Origin: a virus
Virus record (IMG/VR): IMGVR_UViG_3300045988_112440
Reading direction: 5' to 3' (one strand)
DNA length: 64,000 nt
The notes under the pieces were generated by a model. It made no database searches, was not told the DNA's origin, and was given only the letters and a program-made list of their open reading frames with translations. The translations under genes and the position numbers were made by a program. Shown piece by piece: positions 15,973 through 25,103 of the stretch; the first letter of the stretch is position 1; each line of letters begins with the position of its first letter.

Positions 15973-16251
15973 ATGAGTAAATTTAAAAATTTTCAGATTG
16001 GAGTAAAAGAAATTAGCAAAACATGGAATAGCGAAAATGTATTTTTTACGCAAATGCGTGACGGATATAGTGCTTCGTATAGACCAAAATATCCAGAATA
16101 TTGTAATGACGACATGATAATTCAGACATTAGAAGGGACAGGAGCAGTAAACCGTGGAGATTATGAATTGATAATTTTTGATGATGGAAAATTTACAAGC
16201 AAATATTTTAATGATACAGAAGAAATAAAAACGTATTTTGAAAACAGATAA
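15973..16251 (+). CDS. hypothetical protein
   Basis: ORF track. SD AAAGGAGA. Confidence 0.7.
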   Translation: MSKFKNFQIGVKEISKTWNSENVFFTQMRDGYSASYRPKYPEYCNDDMIIQTLEGTGAVNRGDYELIIFDDGKFTSKYFNDTEEIKTYFENR

Positions 16252-16277
16252 AAGAACGGTTTTAGGAGGAAAATAAA

Positions 16278-16481
16278 ATGGATAATAATATGATGGAAAG
16301 AATCAAGTATCTGAAGCGTGAGCTTTTTATGGATGGATTTGATACAATTGAAAACTTTGTTGGTTATAAACTGAACGAAGATGAGGATGATGATGTTATT
16401 GAACGACGAGTGGATATTGCAATCGATTCGATGTCGGAAGATGAGTTGAATATTTGGTTTGAAAAATATGATATTATTTGA
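16278..16481 (+). CDS. hypothetical acidic protein
   Basis: ORF track. SD TAGGAGGA. Confidence 0.7.
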   Translation: MDNNMMERIKYLKRELFMDGFDTIENFVGYKLNEDEDDDVIERRVDIAIDSMSEDELNIWFEKYDII

Positions 16482-16519
16482 ATCTTCGGACGAAAATATC
16501 TTTTATGAGGTGCGAATGT

Positions 16520-16690
16520 ATGAAAATGAATATTGACATTGATATTGAACGTGTTGGAAAGGGTTTATTTAACGTCTATATCAGTGATAATGGAAATTCT
16601 GGTGCGGAATACAAAAATGTAAATTGTGATCAGATTGGTGAGTATGTAGCAGATTTGATTGATTGTTTGGAAGAAAGCTATGAGGCGTAA
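16520..16690 (+). CDS. hypothetical protein
   Basis: ORF 16478-16690, trimmed to ATG 16520, 7 nt after TGAGGTG. Confidence 0.6.
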   Translation: MKMNIDIDIERVGKGLFNVYISDNGNSGAEYKNVNCDQIGEYVADLIDCLEESYEA

Positions 16691-16693
16691 AGT

Positions 16694-17029
16694 ATGAGCT
16701 ATAACGGTGGGCCTTGTTGGTCATGTATTGAGAAGTCTTGTAAAAACTGTCCATGTGCTGTCGCAGAGTCTTTTGATAGTACATATCTTACTGCACAATG
16801 GATGTTAAAACTAAGAGAAAATAAAGATGATTGCGACAAATTTGTTGAACGTCTTTGGAAGGAGAACACGGATTTTGCATGGGTTGAAAACGAACGTGGA
16901 GAATTAGTTCTTGATCAGAAGTGGAGAGGCTTTCCCGTTGGCAATTTTACACAGGATGAATGGTTTCATTGGGTAGATGAGTTCCATAGTAAAGGCGTTG
17001 GCTGGGTTTACGAGAATGTGAGTGTGTAA
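16694..17029 (+). CDS. hypothetical protein (N-terminal Cys cluster)
   Basis: ORF track. CWSCIEKSCKNCPC motif. Confidence 0.7.
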   Translation: MSYNGGPCWSCIEKSCKNCPCAVAESFDSTYLTAQWMLKLRENKDDCDKFVERLWKENTDFAWVENERGELVLDQKWRGFPVGNFTQDEWFHWVDEFHSKGVGWVYENVSV

Positions 17030-17049
17030 AATTTAAGAGGAAAAATATC

Positions 17050-17607
17050 ATGAAAACTTACACAAAAGACGAACTTTATAATCTCCTGAAGAACGGCGCT
17101 ATTCTTGATGAATTGCTTGATATGAGTGATGGGCAAGAGTGTACGATATTTAAAGCGGATTGCTTTCCTGAAGAGGACTGTTATAACAGCGTTATTTATA
17201 TTCCTGATCTCGATATGAATGGTGTTGCCTATGACCATAAAATGACTTTGCAAGAACTTGCAGACGCATATACGAACTTTTACACTGCACAGGATATTAT
17301 TGATATCTGTGAAGGTGATGAAAAGAAGGCAAAACGAGTGTTTTACAATTGTGATTGGCAGCATCCATCCACTGAATTTACAGAGATGGAAGCATTTGAC
17401 GAAGAAGATGATTGCGATGCTCAATATTATTATGCTGAAACTCGTTGGTGTATCGATGACGTTATTGATGCAGCGAAAAGAAAAGGCATTGTATTAAATC
17501 CGCAACAAGCTGAACAGTGGTGGCAGAAGAACGAAAAGTGGTTTAAGGATACTCTTACTGAATATGGTAACGAGATCCTTTTCAATGTGGATTTTAGTGA
17601 GGTATAA
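17050..17607 (+). CDS. hypothetical acidic protein
   Basis: ORF track. SD AAGAGGA. Confidence 0.75.
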   Translation: MKTYTKDELYNLLKNGAILDELLDMSDGQECTIFKADCFPEEDCYNSVIYIPDLDMNGVAYDHKMTLQELADAYTNFYTAQDIIDICEGDEKKAKRVFYNCDWQHPSTEFTEMEAFDEEDDCDAQYYYAETRWCIDDVIDAAKRKGIVLNPQQAEQWWQKNEKWFKDTLTEYGNEILFNVDFSEV

Positions 17608-17622
17608 AAGGAGAGTTTTATT

Positions 17623-17808
17623 ATGAAATATGACACTCAAGCGATGGCCGAGGTCCTTTGTAAAACAGCAGGCGTTGAATATAGCTCTGATTTGGAAAAT
17701 TTGCTGTACCATTTAGATGTTCAAGCACAAAATCCTTACAATGCAGATTTTCGGCGTACAGGTTTGGCTATCATTGCAAAAGTGTGTGAGGAGTTGAAAA
17801 AACGATAA
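17623..17808 (+). CDS. hypothetical protein
   Basis: ORF track. SD AAAGGAGAG. Confidence 0.7.
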   Translation: MKYDTQAMAEVLCKTAGVEYSSDLENLLYHLDVQAQNPYNADFRRTGLAIIAKVCEELKKR

Positions 17809-18002
17809 TGTATTACCATCTTGAATACTCTGTCAGACACTTTATGTACGGCGATACATATAGAGGGCATGAAGTCTATCCCACAAAAGAGCTGCGTGAT
17901 GCAGAACTTGACTGGATGAAAACGTGTTACAGCAAGCCGACAGAGCTTGTCTATGCAACGTATGAAACCGAAACACTTAATGAAGATAAGATAATAATAT
18001 AA
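17808..18002 (+). CDS. hypothetical protein
   Basis: ORF track. TAATG stop-start overlap. Weak SD. Confidence 0.55.
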   Translation: MYYHLEYSVRHFMYGDTYRGHEVYPTKELRDAELDWMKTCYSKPTELVYATYETETLNEDKIII

Positions 18003-18026
18003 TGAGGAATTAAGGGAGTGAGAGTT

Positions 18027-18212
18027 ATGATTATCCAAAATTGCGGATGGGATCATTCAGTGGATGAAGTTAAGGAAGCTCTTGATACACTTTCATATTG
18101 GTTAAGAGAAGGTGTGAGAGTTGGGATTTTTAATAAAGAAACCAACAAATATGAGTTACTAAAACCTTTTGATTCAGAAAAAACTTTTATTTTGGAGGAC
18201 ATTAACTTATGA
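18027..18212 (+). CDS. hypothetical protein
   Basis: ORF 18018-18212, trimmed to ATG 18027 after AAGGGAGTGAGAG. Confidence 0.6.
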   Translation: MIIQNCGWDHSVDEVKEALDTLSYWLREGVRVGIFNKETNKYELLKPFDSEKTFILEDINL

Positions 18213-18520
18213 CGGCACGTGAGATTGCAGAAAATTTCGTCAGTACAATGAACCCGTCAGGTTGGGACGGTGTTGGGAAGAAACCTGATGATTTTAATGA
18301 TAAGCAGCAGGTTACATATTATGTGGGTAAATATCCCGATATCGATGTTGATATCCATTACGAATATGACGACAACAAATGGTGGCACGTTTGCGAAGCA
18401 TACGACAAAGAACTTAATGAAAGACTTTGTGGTGGTGCATGGGGCGATACCGTGAACAATATTGATGATATGATTAGAACTATTAAATGTCTTTTCGATA
18501 TGTTAGGCATTAAACTTTAA
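18209..18520 (+). CDS. hypothetical protein
   Basis: ORF track. SD GGAGGA. ATGA overlap. Confidence 0.7.
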   Translation: MTAREIAENFVSTMNPSGWDGVGKKPDDFNDKQQVTYYVGKYPDIDVDIHYEYDDNKWWHVCEAYDKELNERLCGGAWGDTVNNIDDMIRTIKCLFDMLGIKL

Positions 18521-18539
18521 TAAAATCGAGGTTTTAAAA

Positions 18540-18785
18540 ATGTGGACTTTTAATAGGATTTATCTTCGGGAAAGTTGTATTTTGCTTATTGAGGAGGACG
18601 GAGAAAAGAGTGCAATCACAACAAGTGCATATGACTTAATAAGAGTGTACAATAACGGCGAGAGTGAATGTCCTTGTGATAACGCAAAGGTTATTTATTG
18701 CTCGATTTTTAATGTAAAAATGAAATGTAAAACGTTCAAAGAACTTATGGATATGCTTGAGAAAATTGTAGCTGATTGTTGTTGA
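18540..18785 (+). CDS. hypothetical protein
   Basis: ORF track. SD GAGG. Confidence 0.65.
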   Translation: MWTFNRIYLRESCILLIEEDGEKSAITTSAYDLIRVYNNGESECPCDNAKVIYCSIFNVKMKCKTFKELMDMLEKIVADCC

Positions 18786-18795
18786 GGTTTTAGAT

Positions 18796-19029
18796 ATGAA
18801 AAATAAAGCAGTGGTTGTTGTTTATGACGATACGATGTGTAATGGTCCTTACCGTGTAGAGTACAAAACAATTGAAGATGCGGTAGAGGCTGTTAATAAT
18901 GATTTTGAAAGTCTGATGAAAGAACTGCGAGATGAAGGCTATGAACCTGAATGGATTCGTGATGGCTACCATATGCTTGAGGTTTATGTTCCGAATACGT
19001 CTATTAACGCATGGTGGGATTTTAAGTAA
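18796..19029 (+). CDS. hypothetical protein
   Basis: ORF track. SD TGAGG. Confidence 0.7.
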   Translation: MKNKAVVVVYDDTMCNGPYRVEYKTIEDAVEAVNNDFESLMKELRDEGYEPEWIRDGYHMLEVYVPNTSINAWWDFK

Positions 19030-19041
19030 GGAGAATTAAAA

Positions 19042-19248
19042 GTGGATATCAATGATATTAAGATGTTTGAGCAGATGATGGTTGATAGCGCATTTATTGA
19101 TGCCGTTGATTTTGATTCAAAGGTTGCTGCCCCGGCAGTGGAAGTACGCAAGATGAAAATGAAGGGTGTGTGCTCCTTCAATGAATACATTAACTACTTA
19201 CAGACAATTACAGGCAATGCAAAGTTGTTCTGGAAGTATCAGTTTTGA
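19042..19248 (+). CDS. hypothetical protein (GTG start)
   Basis: ORF track. SD TAAGGAGAA lies 6 nt before the GTG. Confidence 0.6.
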   Translation: MDINDIKMFEQMMVDSAFIDAVDFDSKVAAPAVEVRKMKMKGVCSFNEYINYLQTITGNAKLFWKYQF

Positions 19249-19258
19249 GGTGACGATT

Positions 19259-19522
19259 ATGAGTGAATTTGAAAATCATGTTTTCGATGTTTGGAATCGT
19301 TTTGTAAGAAATATGCCTTGTTGTCCAGAAGATGGTTGTGATCGTTGGTGTGATGGTGAGAATATTCTATGCAAAACATATGAAGATGCACAGAAGGTCG
19401 CTGATTATATTGATGAAAAGGCTGGACGAGCAATATCTGCTACCGGTTTTTATGATCCAGAAGAAGATAAGAGAATGGGATATGTAGATAAGTATACTGG
19501 ATGGTATTATGTCACAATCTGA
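19259..19522 (+). CDS. hypothetical Cys-rich protein
   Basis: Frame of ORF 19166-19522. ATG 19259 follows TTGAGGTGA. Confidence 0.65.
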   Translation: MSEFENHVFDVWNRFVRNMPCCPEDGCDRWCDGENILCKTYEDAQKVADYIDEKAGRAISATGFYDPEEDKRMGYVDKYTGWYYVTI

Positions 19523-19568
19523 TAAAACAGTTCTTCTAAAAAAATGAAATACAAAGGAGTAAAACAAA

Positions 19569-20888
19569 ATGATTACCAATAATCCTATGACCGTAATAAC
19601 CTCAAAGTCCTTTGGTGCACTGAATGTGGATGTGTACCAGAATGACAAGCACCAGTATTACATGACCCGTGAACAGATTGGTGCTGCGCTAGAGTACAAT
19701 AATCCTAATAAGGCAATTCAAAACATCCATGTTAAGAATACGGATCGTCTTGACCCTCTTTCAACATTCCTCAAACTGAGGAAAGTTGAAGGCGGAATCA
19801 CGAAAGAGCGTGAAATTATTTGTTACAGTTTGCGTGGCGTTATGGAGATCTGTCGTCTGTCCCGTCAGCCGAAGGCTGATGCGTTTATGGATTTCTGCTG
19901 GGACATTATGGAATCTTTGATGCGTGGCGATACCGTTTTAGCTACTCCTAAGATGGATGCTGCACTGAGCAAAGAATTCATTGACGTAAGACTTCATGCT
20001 CTGTTTGATAGTATGAAGAATCTTCAGAGTGAACTTGATTCCACTCGCAAAGATCTCAGTGAACAGATTGAGGAAGCTCGCGCCACCAGCAATGAAGCAC
20101 TGAATGTGATTAGCAGCGTATCTCAGTGTGTCCATCAGATTAAGGACAAGCAGATGGATGATGCGATTCGTTCTACCAGAAACTTTACTCCTCGTAAGGA
20201 TGTAACGAGTGACTGGCGTAAGAAGATGTATGAACGCATCAATGTGATTGCGGCAATCAATGAGATGAAGGTTCAGGATGTGTTCCGTGATGTTTACGAA
20301 TACATGAATCGTGTTTATACCTTTGTCATCGAGGAAGAGCGTAAAAAGTATTGTGTAAAAACTGGTCGTACTGGTCACATTCCTACGATTGATGTGGTTG
20401 AAGCAAGTACGATGTACAAGTCTATCTTTGGTGCTCTGGTTGAGGATCTGTATACCGAAGCGGTCAGCAAGAAGAAGGAAGAAGTTACTGAACGGAAAGC
20501 TTTGCCTGAAGCAAAAACTATTGAAGCAGCTCCTGAAGTGGCTGTCTGTGATGCTCCTGTGATTGAGGTGGAAGTTAATGAAGTTGAGTCTGAGCCGGTT
20601 GCGAAAGAAAAGCCCAAGAAGCAGAGCGAAACGGCGAAGATTCTTATTCCGATTCTGTTACCTTTGGCAGAAAAGCTTAATGATAAGCCGCAATACAAGC
20701 ACACTTACACTCTGATTTACGAGCGGATTGGCTATAAGAAAATGAATAATTTATTTATTGCTTATGAAAAAGCTCACGGTAAAGCACCAAATCCGAAGAC
20801 TAAGGTGTTTATTGAAAATGAAAAGAACCTGGCACTGTTTAAGAAAACTGTAAAGCAGTTGATGAAGGAGCAATTTGAAAAGAATTGA
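19569..20888 (+). CDS. Bro-N domain antirepressor-like protein
   Basis: ORF track. N-terminus FGALNVDVYQNDKHQYYMTREQIGAALEY..NKAIQNIH fits the Bro-N pattern. The C-terminal part is unrecognised. Confidence 0.7.
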   Translation: MITNNPMTVITSKSFGALNVDVYQNDKHQYYMTREQIGAALEYNNPNKAIQNIHVKNTDRLDPLSTFLKLRKVEGGITKEREIICYSLRGVMEICRLSRQPKADAFMDFCWDIMESLMRGDTVLATPKMDAALSKEFIDVRLHALFDSMKNLQSELDSTRKDLSEQIEEARATSNEALNVISSVSQCVHQIKDKQMDDAIRSTRNFTPRKDVTSDWRKKMYERINVIAAINEMKVQDVFRDVYEYMNRVYTFVIEEERKKYCVKTGRTGHIPTIDVVEASTMYKSIFGALVEDLYTEAVSKKKEEVTERKALPEAKTIEAAPEVAVCDAPVIEVEVNEVESEPVAKEKPKKQSETAKILIPILLPLAEKLNDKPQYKHTYTLIYERIGYKKMNNLFIAYEKAHGKAPNPKTKVFIENEKNLALFKKTVKQLMKEQFEKN

Positions 20889-20898
20889 GGTACATATT

Positions 20899-21150
20899 AT
20901 GAAGGTTTATGTTCTGCACGAGTGTGTTGATTATAGCGATTTCTACGCAGAAGATTCTGTAATCACGGTTACAACGGATAAGCTCAAGGCGCTTGATAAA
21001 ATGGTTCATTTCTTTAATGACTGTAAAGATAGCAATCAGCCGGTAAGCGATGACGAGACGTGGTGCGTTGCTACTGAAGCATCCGTTGTTAGTGGGGATT
21101 CTGGAAATTATTATCGCCATCACTGGAAAATTGATGAGTTTGAGGTATAA
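20899..21150 (+). CDS. hypothetical protein
   Basis: ORF 20875-21150, trimmed to ATG 20899 after TTGAGGT. Confidence 0.65.
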   Translation: MKVYVLHECVDYSDFYAEDSVITVTTDKLKALDKMVHFFNDCKDSNQPVSDDETWCVATEASVVSGDSGNYYRHHWKIDEFEV

Positions 21151-21154
21151 GAAA

Positions 21155-21379
21155 ATGATGAAATATGGAAACATAACGTGTAAACGATGTGGGGCTACGT
21201 GGTATGGGCCAAAGTGTGGAAAGCTTTATTGTGATAATTGCAGAAGGATTGTGGATAGAGAAAAAGATATTAGATGTAAAAATAAAAAGAAACACAAACC
21301 GACATTTGTTGAAATTACAAGAATGGCAGATGCAGAGGGACTGTCCTATGGCAAGTATTGTTTAAAATATGGAATCTAA
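21155..21379 (+). CDS. zinc-ribbon protein
   Basis: Frame of ORF 21050-21379. ATG 21155 follows GAGGT. CKRCG...CGKLYCDNC motif. Confidence 0.6.
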   Translation: MMKYGNITCKRCGATWYGPKCGKLYCDNCRRIVDREKDIRCKNKKKHKPTFVEITRMADAEGLSYGKYCLKYGI

Positions 21380-21392
21380 AGGAGACGCAAAT

Positions 21393-22238
21393 ATGAACGC
21401 AGTATCTGAAAAGAACGAAAATAACGCAGTTGAGTTTAATCCGCCAAAGGTTGATCCTGCTCCCAAAGTGAAACATAACCAGGCGAAGAACTATAGTATC
21501 AAACGCAAGGAAGCTTGTAATGGAACGGTGCAGCCTATTAAAGATGTAGAGGATATTAAACGAATTTCGGAATATTTTTGGAATCGTGGGATGTACCGTG
21601 ATTGGTGTTTGTTTAATGTTGGTGTATGTACTGGTTTTCGTGCAAGCGATTTGCTTCGTTTTAAGGTTTCAGATGTTACAACGCAGAGGGTAAATGGAAA
21701 GTTGCAAGTAAATGCAAATGCAAAAATACGAATGAAGGAAAAGAAGACTGGAAAATACCGTATTGTTTTTCTTCCAGAATCTGCTTTGGAAGTGATTTCT
21801 ACTTATATCAATAAAGTTAAGCTCCATTATGACGATTGGCTTTTCCCGTCATGTAAAGGCAGCTCTCGCAATTCACTGAGGAGCACAGGTGGGACATCAA
21901 TTAGTAAAAAGACTGGAATTATGTATACACACGAGGCAAATCCAAAGGTATCCGGGGAGCCGCTTGATGTGGATAGTTTTGGACGAATTATGAAAAAGGT
22001 TCAAAAGGATATGGCTCTTCCATATAATCTTGGAACACATAGTTGCCGTAAGACATTCGGCTATCAGTTTATGGTACAGCACCGTGATGATGTTATGGCT
22101 CTGGCCTGGCTTCAGCACGCTTTGAATCATAGTAGTCAGGCAATCACTCTTCATTATATTGGTCTTGATTCAGAAGTGGATGAGAGATATTACTCTGGAA
22201 TCAATTATGGTGTGAATACTCATAGTGAAAACTCTTGA
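21393..22238 (+). CDS. tyrosine recombinase / integrase
   Basis: ORF 21369-22238, trimmed to ATG 21393 after AAAGGAGA. Catalytic-type motifs TGFRASDL, HSCRKTFG and LNHSS..ITLHYIG. Confidence 0.8.
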   Translation: MNAVSEKNENNAVEFNPPKVDPAPKVKHNQAKNYSIKRKEACNGTVQPIKDVEDIKRISEYFWNRGMYRDWCLFNVGVCTGFRASDLLRFKVSDVTTQRVNGKLQVNANAKIRMKEKKTGKYRIVFLPESALEVISTYINKVKLHYDDWLFPSCKGSSRNSLRSTGGTSISKKTGIMYTHEANPKVSGEPLDVDSFGRIMKKVQKDMALPYNLGTHSCRKTFGYQFMVQHRDDVMALAWLQHALNHSSQAITLHYIGLDSEVDERYYSGINYGVNTHSENS

Positions 22239-22246
22239 GGTGTGTT

Positions 22247-22927
22247 ATGGCTGATACTTATATTAAAATCTGGGATACTTATGAGAGCTACTTTGAACCA
22301 CTTAGTGCTGCTGAGGTGGGGCGTCTGGTATTGGCGATGATGAAATATAAATCGTCTGGAACGGAGCCTGAACTCAACGGAAATGAGCGGTATGTGTGGC
22401 CTGCTATTAAGAGAGATTTAATTAAAGATGCCGAATACATCGAAGGTAAGCGCATTTCTGGAAAAGCTGGAGGTGAAAGCAAGCGTAAGCAAAACAAAGC
22501 AAATGCAAGCAAAACAAAGCTAGAAAAAGAAAAAGAGAAAGAAAAAGATAAGATATCGTCTTCGTCTAGTGATAAGACGACAACGACGAAATCTATCGAG
22601 GATGTCTTTCGAGATGATATTGGGAAGCTTGGTGCTACTGGTCAAAAGGCTTTAGCAAAATATGTTGAGCGCATGGGTGACGAACTTGTGCTTGCTGTGA
22701 TTGGTAAGTGTTCTGATCTCGGCGGTAGCACATGGGCTTATGTGCGAAAAGCTCTGGACGAAGCAGAATCTCTTGGTTGTAAAACTGCTGATGATTATCG
22801 CCGGGCTTGTCCGATAGGGAATGGTCGTAATCTTAGAGTGAGTAGGGATACTCAATGCGGAACCGATTGGCTAAAAAACGCAACCTTGGATAAAAATCTT
22901 CGCAGAATGAAAATGATAAAAGAGTGA
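22247..22927 (+). CDS. DnaD / replisome-organiser-like protein
   Basis: ORF 22235-22927, trimmed to ATG 22247. N-terminus YFEPLSAAEVGRLVLAMMKY. K/E linker. C-terminus GGSTWAYVRKALDEAESLG resembles a DnaD C-domain. Confidence 0.55.
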   Translation: MADTYIKIWDTYESYFEPLSAAEVGRLVLAMMKYKSSGTEPELNGNERYVWPAIKRDLIKDAEYIEGKRISGKAGGESKRKQNKANASKTKLEKEKEKEKDKISSSSSDKTTTTKSIEDVFRDDIGKLGATGQKALAKYVERMGDELVLAVIGKCSDLGGSTWAYVRKALDEAESLGCKTADDYRRACPIGNGRNLRVSRDTQCGTDWLKNATLDKNLRRMKMIKE

Positions 22928-22943
22928 TTTTAGGAGCGTGATT

Positions 22944-23132
22944 ATGATGAATGAAGATATCGTTTTGCGAGGTGATGAAGCAAAGCAATTTGTGTATAAT
23001 CTGCATCATCCTAATGTTGCTAAAATAGTGAAAGAGAATAGACGACGTGATAAGGCACTTGACGAAGTGAACTATCAAAAAACAGAGGATGGTTTTACGT
23101 TTGACGTTGATAAAAGTAAATTGGAGGTTTGA
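22944..23132 (+). CDS. hypothetical protein
   Basis: ORF 22938-23132. ATG 22944 follows TAGGAGC. Confidence 0.6.
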   Translation: MMNEDIVLRGDEAKQFVYNLHHPNVAKIVKENRRRDKALDEVNYQKTEDGFTFDVDKSKLEV

Positions 23133-23135
23133 ATT

Positions 23136-23537
23136 ATGGGACTGTTACTTGGTTTGGGTCTGCTTGGCGCAGCGTTTGGTATTGACACAGTAAAGCAAGC
23201 GCCGTTTGATAGAGCGCATCGCCGTCTCGAAAACGAATGGGGCACTTGTACATCAGAGGAGAATAAGCGGTGTAACGCTCTTGAATACGCAGTCAAGAAT
23301 GGTTTGTGTTTCGAGGATGAGAGGGAACCGGTTATTACATGGCAGAAGCTGAGAGATCTTCAGTGGAAGTATCAGTTAGCTGGTATTTCATGGCCGAGAG
23401 AATCTGCAATTCGAGATGTGTGTCGTTTGGCAGCTCGTGACCGTGGATTTGAGTACAAGGGATATCTTCGTAATACATTGACATTTGGCTACATCACTGA
23501 TCCGAAAAACATTTGCAAGCTTGGCATCGTAGATTAA
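23136..23537 (+). CDS. hypothetical protein (hydrophobic N-terminus)
   Basis: ORF track. SD GGAGG. Confidence 0.7.
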   Translation: MGLLLGLGLLGAAFGIDTVKQAPFDRAHRRLENEWGTCTSEENKRCNALEYAVKNGLCFEDEREPVITWQKLRDLQWKYQLAGISWPRESAIRDVCRLAARDRGFEYKGYLRNTLTFGYITDPKNICKLGIVD

Positions 23538-23551
23538 AAGGAGATTTGAAA

Positions 23552-23857
23552 ATGAATAACACTCGTAGAAAAGCTATCAAGCAGACCATTAACCGTTTTG
23601 ATTTTATCCGTGAGAAACTGGATGAGCTTGTGTCAGAGGTCGAATGTGTAAAATCAGATGTCGAGAGCATTCAGTGGGAAGAAGAAGAGTATCGTGATAA
23701 CATGCCGGAGAATCTGCAGGGGAGTGAGCGGTATGATAAAGCAGATAATGCTTGCACGAATCTGTCTGATGCTGTGGATGCTCTGGATGATATGATTGAT
23801 GCTCTGGATTTTAATTTTGGTGATGTGACTACCTATCTGGAGGAAGCGATGGAATGA
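23552..23857 (+). CDS. hypothetical acidic protein
   Basis: ORF 23513-23857, trimmed to ATG 23552 after AAAAGGAGA. Confidence 0.7.
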   Translation: MNNTRRKAIKQTINRFDFIREKLDELVSEVECVKSDVESIQWEEEEYRDNMPENLQGSERYDKADNACTNLSDAVDALDDMIDALDFNFGDVTTYLEEAME

Positions 23858-24042
23858 TTAACGCAACAAACCCATTGAGGAGAAATGCATGGGCTGTGTT
23901 CTTGTACAGAGGCAGACAAGTCTATTCGTATCTTTTGCGTAATAGCAATCTTGGGGACAAGGAACGCATGGTAGAACTGCTGGCACGAAGGTACATGACA
24001 GCGCCTGAAAACATTGTTGTAGACATTGAATTTAGAGATTGA
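23854..24042 (+). CDS. hypothetical protein
   Basis: ORF track. SD GGAGGAAG. ATGA overlap. Confidence 0.6.
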   Translation: MINATNPLRRNAWAVFLYRGRQVYSYLLRNSNLGDKERMVELLARRYMTAPENIVVDIEFRD

Positions 24043-24053
24043 GGTGATAAAGA

Positions 24054-24128
24054 ATGACCGCGTTTATAATGTTTGTTTTGAATGTGGCACTGATAATAAC
24101 GGTGAATAGTAATCCGTTTGTGTTTTGA
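24054..24128 (+). CDS. 24-aa hydrophobic peptide
   Basis: ATG 24054 follows TTGAGGTGA. MTAFIMFVLNVALIITVNSNPFVF. Below the track cutoff. Confidence 0.35.
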   Translation: MTAFIMFVLNVALIITVNSNPFVF

Positions 24129-24143
24129 TTGAGAGGTGTGGAT

Positions 24144-24344
24144 ATGAGTATGTTGCAAGAAGAGTATAATTTGACGGATGAAGGACTTAAACAGTTGCTT
24201 TATGATATTCGACATCCGAGCATGGAAGCTGCTATACGTCGTGAAAAGATGTACAAAACATATTTATCGAATGTAGATGTTGAGTATGATGGTGAATCAG
24301 AAGTGGTTGATTTTAAAGACTTAGATATTCGACTGGAGGTGTAA
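24144..24344 (+). CDS. hypothetical protein
   Basis: ORF 24129-24344, trimmed to ATG 24144 after GAGAGGTG. Confidence 0.65.
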   Translation: MSMLQEEYNLTDEGLKQLLYDIRHPSMEAAIRREKMYKTYLSNVDVEYDGESEVVDFKDLDIRLEV

Positions 24345-24346
24345 CT

Positions 24347-24604
24347 ATGAATATTCTGAGTTTTAATGGAAATGAAAATCCAAAAGGGAGAGATGGTGAT
24401 GTCGTTGTCAAGTTAAGTTATCAGGAACTGTTTAAGTTAAATAATATTTTGTATCACGCTCAAAAAGGCGGTGAGATAAAGGACGTAGTGGACTTTAATA
24501 TTCGAAGGAATTTTTACATGGCGCTTAATTTGGTTCAACATGGTAGTCTGGATTCTATTTCGCTAGAAATCATGTTAAAACTTTATGAAAACAATAAAAC
24601 CTAA
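24347..24604 (+). CDS. hypothetical protein
   Basis: ORF track. SD GGAGGTG. Confidence 0.7.
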   Translation: MNILSFNGNENPKGRDGDVVVKLSYQELFKLNNILYHAQKGGEIKDVVDFNIRRNFYMALNLVQHGSLDSISLEIMLKLYENNKT

Positions 24605-24621
24605 ATTCTGTGGAGTAAAAC

Positions 24622-24885
24622 ATGAAATATACAAAGCGTGAAATCATTAGCGCATATCGAATTCTCACGAAGAATATTCAGCAGAATGATCTCGGCTGGC
24701 GTGGGAAGATGATTTTGAGTGATGTACTTGATGACTATTTCAGTCGTATTGAGGGTGAAAAAGTTGTCGTTGATCCGAAGTATGGAAGTTTTCGTTGTCC
24801 AAAATGCAATACCGTAATTACAAGTGAGTATGACCATTATTGTAGAGATTGTGGTCAGAAGTTTGATTGGAGAGAAATAAGATGA
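24622..24885 (+). CDS. zinc-ribbon protein
   Basis: ORF track. CPKCN...CRDCG motif. Confidence 0.7.
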   Translation: MKYTKREIISAYRILTKNIQQNDLGWRGKMILSDVLDDYFSRIEGEKVVVDPKYGSFRCPKCNTVITSEYDHYCRDCGQKFDWREIR

Positions 24886-25103
24886 AGATTGATTTGACTC
24901 TTAATGAAGCACGAGTGATTCAAGACGCACTTGATGTGACAAGCTTGTGCCGGTCTGGATGCTATATGGGTTATAAGAGCGGAGACAAGGATCTGTGTTT
25001 TAGGCTTGACAAAGATGGTGATTGGCGTTGCAAGCTAATGCGTGAAATTGATTCTATCAATGGCAAGCTTGAAGATGCAATGGATGGAGAGGGCAATGAT
25101 TGA
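24882..25103 (+). CDS. hypothetical protein
   Basis: ORF 24867-25103, trimmed to ATG 24882 after GGAGAG. ATGA overlap. Confidence 0.6.
   Translation: MKIDLTLNEARVIQDALDVTSLCRSGCYMGYKSGDKDLCFRLDKDGDWRCKLMREIDSINGKLEDAMDGEGND

Noticed and set aside
22497-22565. A purine-rich low-complexity repeat (GCAAAACAAAGC... AAAGAAAAAGAGAAAGAAAAAGATAAG).
   Set aside because: It is in frame within the DnaD-like gene and encodes a K/E/N linker (KQNKANASKTKLEKEKEKEKDK). This is a protein linker, not a DNA-level element.
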